Shown here: in pieces, positions 49,826 to 60,567 of the stretch
Numbering within the stretch: the first letter of the stretch is position 1
Layout of the letters: every line of letters starts with the position of its first letter
Assembly: GCA_010015805.1 (NCBI GenBank)
Contig: ML978121.1
Span: 3,658,001 to 3,722,000 of the forward strand
Length of the DNA stretch: 64,000 bases
Direction: 5' to 3'
From: Rhizodiscina lignyota
Taxonomy: Eukaryota
The notes under the pieces: model-generated
Database searches by the model: none
What the model was told of the DNA's origin: nothing
What the model saw: only the letters and a program-made list of their open reading frames with translations
Position numbers and translations under genes: made by a program

Positions 49826-50691
49826 TCAACATGTCGCCGAGGAGACTGAAAGGAGCTGATGGCTATTTCGCGATCTTCGTCTACTCCGTCGTCTCGAATT
49901 CCACCAAAATCCAACAGAGCCTCCAACAATAGCAACTGCGATAGGCACGACGACTCCAACGATGATATTTATTTTATCCGACTCATTCAAGCCTGAGCCA
50001 TCTTCATTCTTCTGGGGAGATGATGTAGAAGCAGTTGTGGATTTCGAGGATGATGGAAGCGGCTGAGGCGCCGTTGTCGACGGTGAGACTTGTGATAGAG
50101 ACGTGCTCGTTGTCGGGCCACTCGAAGAAGTGAAGATGGAGCTGGCTGAGTGGTCTGCCGTCAGCACCAGAATGCAGCGAGGGCGATCGTGGATACGACA
50201 ATCCCCACGAGCAGGGTGAATGTCAACTCACCGCTGCTCGTCGGTTGCGTGGATGAGAAGCTCGATGAGGTGACTGTAACTGTTGGCCCGCTCGTCGTCG
50301 TTTGTGTGATCGTCACGACGCCATGAACTGAAGGATCACTGTCCGTTGCCGTCGCTTCGGCGGTGACTGTCGCTGGCGCGGTGAATGAGCATTAATCATC
50401 ATAGATGCTTGCGGCATAGTTGTAATCGTTAGAATCACTACAAGTTGTCCAGCCAGTGAAGATACAGCTCGAAAGGAATTGCGAAGCATCCGGTCGCAAG
50501 TCTGTGCGGCAGAAGCAGGTGTTGTCGCCACAACCTAGCTGATTAGGAAGTCCGCCTTCATTATAGCCGTTAATGCAATCCTGGACGCAATGACGGGCAT
50601 TTTGAAAGTCAGATTGGCTTGCGATGGAGATGGTGGCAGCAGAAGTAGTGGTGCATAGGTATAAAAGTAAGAGTGAGCAAAGAAGAAACAT
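49826..50691 (-). pseudogene. CFEM-like Cys-rich type I membrane protein with one in-frame TAA
   Basis: Signal peptide; CVQDC..LGC..CFCRTDL..SSC..TC..IYDD*C; Thr/Ser stalk; intron 50155-50231; TM IIVGVVVPIAVAIVGGSVGFWW plus basic tail; TAA at 50394-50392. Confidence 0.7.
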
Positions 50692-53448
50692 GGTTCCGCC
50701 GAACAGAGTGAAACGAGAGTGATGCCGCGAGTGAATGGGGAATCGACAGAAGGGATAAACTCCATGAGTTTGAGATTATGAGGCTGAGGCGGTGCCTCGT
50801 TATATACCTCCTGCTATCGTCTGCGCGAGGCCAGGCCCTAAGCCGAGTGACCAGCCACCCAACAAGTTCTGTTTTGCAAGGCGCACTCAGTCTTGCGACT
50901 CTCGCATAATGAACTTTGAGGGCGTATCTCAGAACCCCGACAGCACCGATGTGCTAAACTTCGAAGCGTCTACCGAAGGCCCTGATAGGTAAAGTGTCTA
51001 GACTTAGCCGCGAGTACAGAATGCGAGCAGTGAAGCAGTAAAGTGCTAACACGGAGTGCCCAAAGCCTATTACATTAACCTTTCAGAGATGCTCTCGCTA
51101 AGTTTGAAGAGCAACACTTATTTATTTCATCTTTTTGACTGTTGGGCAATACATCCGACGCGATCAGTTCAATATCCAGCGTCCGTCTGAACCGTCAAGA
51201 TCCATTCCTCGCCGTGACCTGCGCCGTTGCCTTGCCAAACGCGTCGGAGTCCAATGAGCCGCTAAATTCCAGAAGCGTACGCCTTGGAGCAGCCAATCGC
51301 TCTCGCTTCGAGAGATGCCAAGTATTGAGGAGGCCGCCACAGCGCAACGGAAAGGAGATCCAACCCTCTGGATTAATTCGGATTGCATTGAAAACAATGA
51401 GTGTTCAAATCGAAGCGCAGCGTCAGTTGAAATATATCTGAGAAGAACAGAGGGAAAAAAAGTATTACAATGAACTAGGCTCACTGAATAATCCGCCATC
51501 AAGCCATCTTCAATGGATGACTGACTCGTCCACAGCTGCGTCCGATACCCGAATGCTGTCTTGTTCACAGTCATTGTGTCCCAATAACCCGCGGTGTAGA
51601 TAGCTTAGAAGTCTCCCTTTCAGCTGCCTCATTGTTCCCACAACGCGTGGATTCGACCCATGGAGCCCGAACGGTTTGTCAACCCCTATTCTTCCTGCGT
51701 TGCGGGATCTCTCGACGACCTTGGCGTGCATATTGGCAAATCATATCGCTTTTCGTACTCACTATGTGTGGTTCACTCCATATGTTTGGTTGCATGTCAT
51801 TCATGGACATTAAAGTGAAGGTTCTGTCGCTTTTAAGAAGACGAGGAGTGATGGTCTTGGAACGCGGGCGGATTGCTTCGTGGCACGTTGTCTTACCAAA
51901 AGAGGTTAGGGGAATTTCCAGAAAGCGTCAACATTCTGATTGGCCAATTCTTTACTTTTGCGATTTGAGCCACTACTTGTTACGGAGTATTCGAGGTGAA
52001 AATATCTTCGATGTTAATTGAAACATATGGTCCTCCTTCATATTCTTTAATCTATTCCTCATCCATGCTCAAATGTCGCTAATGACCATGAAACATGTCG
52101 CGAGGAATTGTAGAGGAAGCAATGGATTCTTTCGAACCACATTTTCTATAAATTCTAGAATGGATATCATTTGTTGAGAGAAAGCTGAAGATTGGGTTGG
52201 GTTGCTTCTACACAGAGTGGCGTCTGCTACATGGATTTGTACTTTTGCTTTGCCAGGAGCGGTTAGCGACTTCTCCGGTCGCTTCAATGTTCAACGTTCT
52301 ATTGGTCAATCCTCCACCTTTACATTTACGGCGAGTGAAGTGGAGGAGCAAGAGTCTTTATAGATGAGACAGTCACACTACTGTTTACTAATATCGTTGC
52401 CGAGTCTATTTCATCGGGATCAATTCACACATGTACCGAAAGCAGTGGACGTTCAAAATCAAGTCATATTGTAGCGTGAACTAAGTAGGATACATTTGAG
52501 AGAACATGAAAATAAAATACTCTGTAATGGAGCACGCTCATATGAATAGTTGGCATGGGACTCATTGAGACTTCTGCCTGTACTCAGACCCGTTTCCGAA
52601 TCTTTTCCTAGCAGAAGTGAGCCTTGGTAGAGCCATACTTCTTCATTATATTCAGGTATGGGTCCTCGTGAGGGTCTCAAGCCCAACACGAAACTGCCTG
52701 ATTCGAATCATCGCGTGTCGCAGAGTCAACACAAATAGCCCACGGTGCCAATAGCTCAGAAGTCTTGTATCCATCTTGTGTCTCCCATTTGAGTAATACT
52801 GCCGACTGGGCTGCAATCGGTAGATCCTCTTCTGTATCAACGCGTTACCCCACAGACAAGGTATCTCTTCAGGCCTACCAAGGTAGGACGACGCCCGGAC
52901 AGTATCGGCGCCAACACCCCAGACGCTCGAAGGTTTGCAAAGCTGTGAGGCAATGCTCAGGATCATACCATCTCACGCAAGAAACGTCACTACTTTCCAC
53001 TAATGTTGCATGAATCCGACGCGTCAAAGATCAGGATCCACCATTTAGAGTCCGGGTGTCACCCCTAATCCAATGGGCAACGTGAAAAGTAGCGAAGTCT
53101 CTCGGGAGTCCGTATGTCCGGAAGGAATATTGTTCCTGGGAGGTTTTTCGTCATCGCTATTCTCTGCGAACAATCCTGGAGTGGATTGCAAGTTGAAGAA
53201 GGAGAAGTTGCAGGGGTGTGCCTAAAAGAGAATTTATAACCGCTAGCGGGGGTGAACTTCGGATCGGAATGGAGAAAGTGGGCTCCGATACCACAACCAC
53301 CAAATTGGCGAGCGGCCGCGCGACATTTCGACATCGCATCGACGACAACCTCTCTCCTTCCTCAATCTCGAAGCAGCAAGGTATGCAAGCATTACGAATG
53401 TGAAAACTGTATAATCATGCTAACAAATTTTGCAGTTCCTAGTTCACA

Positions 53449-53925
53449 ATGAGTACGTACAGCGCAGTGATGTAACGCGACGCAACAACGAAAACTAACG
53501 CCCACAATCAGCGAAGGGAACTTCAAGCTTTGGCAAGCGCCACAACAAGACGCACACCCTCTGCAGGCGATGTGGTCAGTAACTTGCACTTCTCTGAAAG
53601 CGCTGAGCTTCGGAATTTGGCTGACATTGGCTGCGTTCATTAGGCCGTCGCTCCCTCCACATCCAAAAGCACACCTGCTCAAACTGCGGATATCCCGCCG
53701 CTAAGATCCGACAGTGTATGTGTCAATGATGGAGACAGATATATGGGAGGATACACGTAGCTGACTTGAGCATTTACAGACCAATGGGGTGAAAAGGCAC
53801 TGAGGAGGAAGACGACTGGTACTGGCCGCATGCGATACCTCAAGCACGTTGCGCGACGATCGAAGAACGGATTCAGGCAGGGCGCGCCGAAGGGAGCCAG
53901 AGGACCACAGACATCTTCGTCATAA
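53449..53925 (+). CDS. RPL37: 60S ribosomal protein L37 (eL37)
   Basis: Exons 53449-53452, 53512-53574, 53644-53715, 53780-53925 give [68 protein letters not shown]...; probable 5'UTR intron 53381-53435. Confidence 0.97.
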
Positions 53926-54242
53926 TGTAGTCGAAAGAGTGAAGTTAGGAGAAGTTGATGGGTGTGAGCGGAGTTTCGAGACGAACTCTTTCTGCATCAT
54001 TCGATCGGACGGCAGCATATGCACAATTCTCTGGTTACGGTTTCTCGAATAGCGGCATAGGTCTTTTCACCTTGCTCAGGTCAAAATAGACAATCTGTCT
54101 ATTCCCCTCTCCAGGCTCCCGCCCTCTAGTGTGCCTTGTTCTATTCCCTCTTGATCTATCCAGTCCAGGTCTAGAGAAAAATCGCACCGTCGCCTCGCTA
54201 TGCTTGAAAAGACTCTAAAAGAAACCCCGAGTTTCTCCCCAT

Positions 54243-55127
54243 CTAGAATGGAACATCCATATCCTCAGCCTTTTCCTCCTTCTGAGCACCTCCACCTTCT
54301 GCCTCAACCATGACCTCCCTGATAAACGCTACTAGAGCACCCACGTACTGTCTTTGACTGCTTGGTAGGAAGTGTCCTCCTGGATGATATACCACCCTCT
54401 CCCCGTTCTTTCCTCTTCCTCCCTCGCACGCCTCTACAAGCCTCAAACTTCTCTTCTCTTCCACCACCGTATCCACGCTCCCCAGAAAATGTAGCATCGG
54501 CGTCTTGATCTTCGGATTGTAAAAACCCTGGTATAGCGGATTAGGCGTTCCAAAACCCGAATAGCTGACCGCAAACTTCAACGGCGGGTGTATAGCATCA
54601 ATCACATATCCACTGTCCTCCTCAAAGCCCTCCGGATATCTCATCCCTCCATTCGCTTGCGCCTTCTCAAACGCCTCTCGCCTCCCTGGCTCCAATAAGC
54701 TCGCCACCATTCCCGCCAGCGCCCCGCCCTGACTGAATCCAAGCACTCCATCAAACGGCCCTTCCTGCTTCAGCACCTCTGCGACGTGCGTAAGACCCGC
54801 CTCTATGCCCTCATACACATACGGCTCCGGCAGGTTTGGGTCAGTCGAGTTCTTCCGCCGCCACCATCCGAAGACGCCCGTCTCCTCGTCCTTGCCGTTG
54901 ATTTCGGGGGGTGGTGCGTTGGGGTCGTTGACCGTGTCCCAATTGGGGATGTCCGACTTGAAGAGTCGGACGGGCGCGGTAGCATAGTGCAGGGTAATGC
55001 CGGCGGGGAAGGCTTTGATGAGGTTCTTCTCGAGAGCGCGGGTTTTGGCGCGGAAAAGTGTACCGGATTGGGTGAAGCCGTGAAGCATGAGGATCTTTAT
55101 GGGCTTGGTTGGGAGAGGTTGTGCCAT
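54243..55127 (-). CDS. FSH1/OVCA2-family serine hydrolase
   Basis: KILMLHGFTQSG, GPFDGVLGFSQGG, HFLGSVD, HPGGHFLP; likely start MAQPLP at 55127. Confidence 0.9.
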   Translation of the reverse strand: MAQPLPTKPIKILMLHGFTQSGTLFRAKTRALEKNLIKAFPAGITLHYATAPVRLFKSDIPNWDTVNDPNAPPPEINGKDEETGVFGWWRRKNSTDPNLPEPYVYEGIEAGLTHVAEVLKQEGPFDGVLGFSQGGALAGMVASLLEPGRREAFEKAQANGGMRYPEGFEEDSGYVIDAIHPPLKFAVSYSGFGTPNPLYQGFYNPKIKTPMLHFLGSVDTVVEEKRSLRLVEACEGGRGKNGERVVYHPGGHFLPSSQRQYVGALVAFIREVMVEAEGGGAQKEEKAEDMDVPF

Positions 55128-55397
55128 TTTGATAGCGCTATGTGAGAGCGTTGTGGAGGGGAGTGAGGATGAAGCTTGAGCGTAGAAGGGAGCTAGAGTA
55201 GTATAGAACGAATGAAAGCGCAAGTGGGTGGAAATATTGAGCGGAATCTAAATCGAGTTGTTAAAATTACGAAATTCGATAGAGTTGGTGATAGATGCGA
55301 TCATAGGGCTGAAGCTAGCGTGAAATGCTCCATAAAAAAAGTTGAAAGCTTCTCTGTACAGTTCCATCACCACCAAAACCTCGCAAATGTCGATTCA

Positions 55398-57310
55398 ATG
55401 CTTACCGAATCTTTCGTCGCATCTTGCGGCCTTCCATCCACTGCAAAGTCGTCGAAAAACTCTACCTCAGCCCTCCGAGATGTCTCAATCGCTATCCACA
55501 CCCTCCATCCCCTCCCCGCACCGCGCCAGACTTTCAAGAAGAGCGCGACGGCGCAGAACTGTGTTGCTGTGAGCGATGAGCATATCTTCGCAGCGCAGTC
55601 AGACAAGGCAGTCGTCAATGTCTACAGCCGAGAGCGAGGGAACCAAGAGGCCATTGTGCCGTTGCAAGAGAAGGTGACAAGCTTGGCTGTTGCGGCGGAG
55701 GGAACAGTCGTGGTGATGGGCACAGAGGGAGGAAGGGTCATGCTTTGGGAGGTGTGCGAGCATCTAGTATTCCTAGATATGGTATATTTTCATGAAATAC
55801 TAACATGTGCTGGTAGACATGCACCGGACGCTTCATCTCAACGCCACCATCGCACCTACAGCCCGTAACCTGCATTGCGGTCTCTCCGACATCATCGTAC
55901 CTTCTCACCGGCTCTGCCGACTCCACGATCCATGTGTGGTCTCTCCCTACGCTCCTCTCCTTCTCCGCCCCATCATCCTACGCCTCTCCAGACAAACGCG
56001 ATCACAAAAGCCCAGTCCACACCTTTACCTCCCACCGAGCTCCCATCATGGCGTTGACCATCAGCGCCATCTCTGGCCCCGGCGCTCTCGCTGTATCAGC
56101 TTCCGAAGATGGAACGGCTATTGCGTGGGACTACGCACGAGGGCAGCCACTGCGGACATTCCTACTTTCTGCTGTCCCGAGAGCGCTGGTCCTCGATCCC
56201 GCAGATCGAGGCTTCTTTGTCGGATACACTGACGGCACGATCCAACTCATCGACTTCTTCAACTTGCCAGACGCGCAGCGACATAGTGAAAATGCCGTGA
56301 ACCCACTGTTCGCGGAAGGCGCAAGCGCAACGCCGATACAACCTCCCGAGTCAGAGAGGTGGAGATGCCCCGAACAACAAGGCTCTCCTGCAGGGGCGGT
56401 GCTGAGTCTAGCGCTGAGCTGGGATACTGTGACGTTGTTGTCAGGGCATGAAGGAGGTCAGGTCATGGCTTGGGATGTGGGGGGCAGAAAGTGGAAGAAT
56501 ATGACTGTCGCAATGATCGGCCCTGTTACGAATTTGCAAATGCTCGAAGTTGCAGGTCTGCCAGATCAGGGCCGAAAAAGGAAGAGAAGGTTGCGCGTGG
56601 AGAAGGTGGTTAAGCCTAGGTTCGATGATGTTGGCGGCAAGGTGCAAGGCCGAAGTGGGCAGATACCGGGGAACTATACGATTCAGGCGCAGTTGGTGGG
56701 TGATTTGAGCTGTGACATGTCGTTTGACGACAAGTCGAAGCGACCCGCACTGTTCGACGATGCTTTCAACTGTCCGACGGGCTTTCCTGTGCATATCCTC
56801 GAGGGCGGCATTGCAGAGCTTAGGGCATGGAGAACGCAGGGACAAACAAATCCTGCGGCTTCTGAGAAGGAGGGACCTGAAGAAGATTTCGTAGCTCTGG
56901 ATAACGAAAGCGAGAAGGGCAAAGGAAAGAAGAAGGCCCAGGACACTCCAAATATGACGATTGAGCAACAGAATGAGGCCTTAAGAAAGAAGGTTGAGGC
57001 GCTGCAGAGAGTTCAGCGGGTCACTTTTAGACAGTTAGATGACTTGCGGGCAGAGAGGGAGAAATATCTGGCCCGGACTATTGAACAGTCTGAAAAGGGA
57101 ACACTCGAGAATACCGATCAAAGTGCAGAAGAGAGCATGGATGTCGATGGGGATGATGAAAATAGCGAAGCCCAGGGTCAGCTTGTCGCCGGAGCGGAGG
57201 ATCTAGTTGAGGAGATGGAACAGGAAGATGCAGAGGAAGAGGAAGCTAGTGACCAAGACGACGAAGTCGCCGAGGCGGAAGAGCAAGATGACTCGTCTGA
57301 CATGGGCTAG
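55398..57310 (+). CDS. IPI3: Pre-rRNA-processing WD40 protein of the Rix1 complex
   Basis: MLTESFVAS, FKKS, HIFAAQSDKAVVNVYSRERGNQEA, GRVMLWE/TCTGR..HLQPVT, WD repeats, coiled coil and acidic tail; intron 55752-55816. Confidence 0.88.
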
Positions 57311-57378
57311 ATTCTAGTGCACTATACGCTTGATACGTCCCGAGGCACGCTGAAAGTCTCACTTTCCCAGATCCAATC

Positions 57379-58241
57379 CTAGGTAAACACCTTGCCGCCG
57401 TTAGCACAGGTGGTCGAGCCGGTAATCCAACGCGCTCCCTCCTCACACAGAAACGCAACAATGGGCACAATGTCGTCAACTTCCCCAACTCGCGGAGCTG
57501 CAGGTGTGCTGTTAATATATGGATCGAATTGATCCAACAATTCCTGCGGCATCTCCCTGTGTACATTGTCAGTGGGCATGGCTATAGTGCCAAAGGAGAG
57601 AGGGTGTACTCACGTCCACATGTCCGTATTCACAGGCCCTGGATTCACATTGTTAACGGTGATCCCATATTCGTGGCCCAGCTCTACGCTCCACGTTCGG
57701 GCAAAGCTGTCCATGCACGCTTTCGTGGCGCCGTACGCAGTGTGCATCTTCCAGCCTGCAACAAGATCAGCAGGTCGAATCAAACTTTCTCGTGAGCCCT
57801 ACCTTCTCTCGACACCACACTCCCAATATTCACAATCCTTCCTCCCCTCCGCAGAAACGGCAGACTTTCCTTCACCAAGAACATCGGAAACCGAACATTC
57901 GTCGTGAAGACCTTCTCGTAATGCTCATACGTCACGTCCTTCAGATAGCACTCGTCACCGGCGGCAGCATTGTTGATGATGATGTCAATTCCGCCATCGA
58001 AAGACTCGACGGCTGTCTTAATGACCAGAGCGGGCGTGTCTTTGTCCATGCAATCTGCCTTTAGGGCGACTGCTTCTCCGCCGGCGGATTTGATGTCCTG
58101 CACCACGGAGTCCGCTGCGGCTGCGGTGGAGGCGAAAGTGAGGAGCACTTTGGCGCCGCGATGGGCTAGTTCTTTTGCTATTCCGGCGCCGATGCCGCGA
58201 GAACCGCCGGTGACGATGGCTACTTTGTTTGTGAGAGACAT
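57379..58241 (-). CDS. Short-chain dehydrogenase/reductase (classical SDR)
   Basis: TGGSRGIG, INNAA, YGATK catalytic motif, VNNVNPG, WITG..ANGG; introns 57756-57802 and 57557-57613. Confidence 0.92.
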
Positions 58242-59608
58242 TGGAGGAAGAATGCAAGAGGAACTAAATGAGGATTTGAAGCAGAGGGAATAGGCCTTGA
58301 CCGCAACGGTAATGTAATAGACCAATGGAAAACCCCACAACCATAGACCAGATAATGTATCAAGGACATCTCTCAAGTATCTTTGATGGATATATGTAAT
58401 AGTCTTAAAGGATACTCACGTTACATAATTTTTATGGTCCTGCCGTTAGCCTGCTAAGTACCTGAGGCCCCTCTCTTGATAGTCCGATAAGGGTATGTAA
58501 ACGCGATATCGTAACCCGCGTTGCCTTTTCGCGATCTCTACAGTAGCCATAGACTTGAAGGCTTTGAAGTTTATTCCTACTAACGTTTGCAGTCAAGGCA
58601 ATGTCCCCTAAAGAGGAGTTGGGGTATATGCTTGAGAATTTCCATCCTTCATCGATTGCTTTCTTAGGTTAGCGTCGTAAACCTGTGCCTCCAAGGTGGC
58701 TTGACAAAAGAAACTTCGTCTCAGCTTCGGCTCAGCCTCGGAAATTTGAACCTGAAGGACTAAGGAGACGTCACCCTTTTTATTTTCCTTCTCACTTGCG
58801 GCGCACCACTCTCTTTTCCCTTTATATCCGTCTCTTAAATCTCCTTTCCTACCTGTTGGAAATACTCCAGCCATCGCGAACTCCTCTTGTAACGAAGAGC
58901 GAAACACTTTGTCTTTTGAGCTTGGGATGGCAGACGGATACGACAAGTAGACAGCAGATCATCTACTTCCAACGAAAGGTATCTATGTACCTTCAACATG
59001 TTACTAACATGCCTTGTAATTACATCCCCCTCGGCTGATGGCGTTACCATCTCCATACCACAACCAACAACTCAGGATTCATAACATAGCAGCTCATCTA
59101 CCTCGCAGACCACACACAGGGCTAAGCTGAAGCTCGCATATACTAGAGTCCGGAGCCTTGACTGGCTTAGTAACCTTATTCCCTGCTGACTTTCGTACAT
59201 GTCATGTATATGCCTGCAGGGTTCTATGTTGACGAGGGATCGTGACGCTAAGGTAAACTAACAACAATCACCAGGTCTCTTGAAGCACTTTTTGCCACCT
59301 GGTTTCATCAATCAGGCCGATGCAACGTGTTCAGCACCTCGCCTCTCGCCCAGCCAACAATCGCTTTAAACTTTCAGCAAGTGACCTCGCTTAGAACTGC
59401 CGACCCGCCATATGCTTCGTAGCGAGTCTGATATAGAGCATCTGCGGGCTGCGTAGGGCACACTCTTTTATGATAGCATCCTCAAGGTGTACAAATGCGT
59501 GGACGAGGCAGGCAAAATTGAATGTGCCATCCGCTTGCTTTCAATCTCCTGCTTCGCTAGTAAACCTCAGTCAATTTGCGGACTTCTCAGTTCATTCAAA
59601 ATTCCAAG

Positions 59609-60567
59609 ATGCCCTTTATTACTGTCAAAGACGGTGCGGAGATCTTCTATAAGGATTGGGGCAATCCAGAAGGCCCCGTCGTCTTCTTTTCCCATGGCTG
59701 GCCCTTGAGCAGCGATAACTTCGAAGCTCAAATGTTCTTCATGGCAAACCAAGGCTGTCGTGTTGTCGCCCACGACCGCCGTGGCCATGGACGTTCGAGC
59801 CAGGTCTGGGAAGGCAACAATATCGATCAGTGGGCTGATGATTTGGCGGAGCTTTTTGAGAAGCTCGATGTGAAGGAGATGATGATGGTGGGCCACTCAA
59901 CTGGAGGCGGTGAGATTGTCAGATACTGTGCTAGGTATGACACGTCACGAGTCGTTCAGGTTCTCTCTGAGATAATACTAATAGATTTAAATTCCAGGCA
60001 TGGCACTTCGCGTGTGTCCAAGCTCGTGCTTATTGATTCAACCCCGCCATTCATGCTCAAGTCGGAGACCAACACGGCCGGAGTGCCTATCGAAGTCTTT
60101 GATGGCTTCAGAGCGGCCATGGAGAAGGATCGCTCCCAATTCTTCTTTGATGTGGCATCAGGCCCATTCTATGGCTTCAATCGCGAAGGTGCAAAGAAGA
60201 GTGATGGCATCATTTACAGCTGGTATGAGACCAACCCGCCCCATCAATTCAATGCGACTTCCATCGCTGTTATCTGACAAGTTGTAGGTGGCAACAGGGA
60301 ATGATATCGGGCTTCAAGGCAACCTACGACTGCATCTCATTCTGGCATACAGTTGATCAGACGGAAGAGATGAAGAAGATAGATGTTCCCACGCTTATCA
60401 TCCATGGAGATGATGATCAGATCGTTCCGATTGACTGCAGCGCTCGTCTTGGGATAAAGCTTCTGCCCAAGGGCAAATTGATTGAATTCCCCGGAGGTCC
60501 ACACGGCCTTCCGAATATAGAGCCGGTCTGGGTGAACGAGCGTTTGTTGGAATGGTTGAAGTCATAA
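59609..60567 (+). CDS. Non-heme (cofactor-free) chloroperoxidase/perhydrolase, alpha/beta hydrolase
   Basis: IFYKDWG, FSHGWPL, HDRRGHGRS, GHSTGGGE, IHGDDDQIVP, PHGL; introns 59935-59997 and 60223-60287. Confidence 0.92.

Noticed and set aside
33957..50394. Stop-codon reassignment as the explanation for two in-frame TAA codons
   Set aside because: TAA terminates intact genes in this window (dioxygenase, RPL37, chloroperoxidase, GFA), so independent nonsense mutations are simpler.
53453..53511. Intronic box C/D snoRNA in RPL37
   Set aside because: GTGATGT is not a full box C, there is no suitably placed CTGA, and the intron is too short.
54243..55127. Dihydrofolate reductase call
   Set aside because: Only FSH1-type serine hydrolase motifs are present; no DHFR domain is visible.
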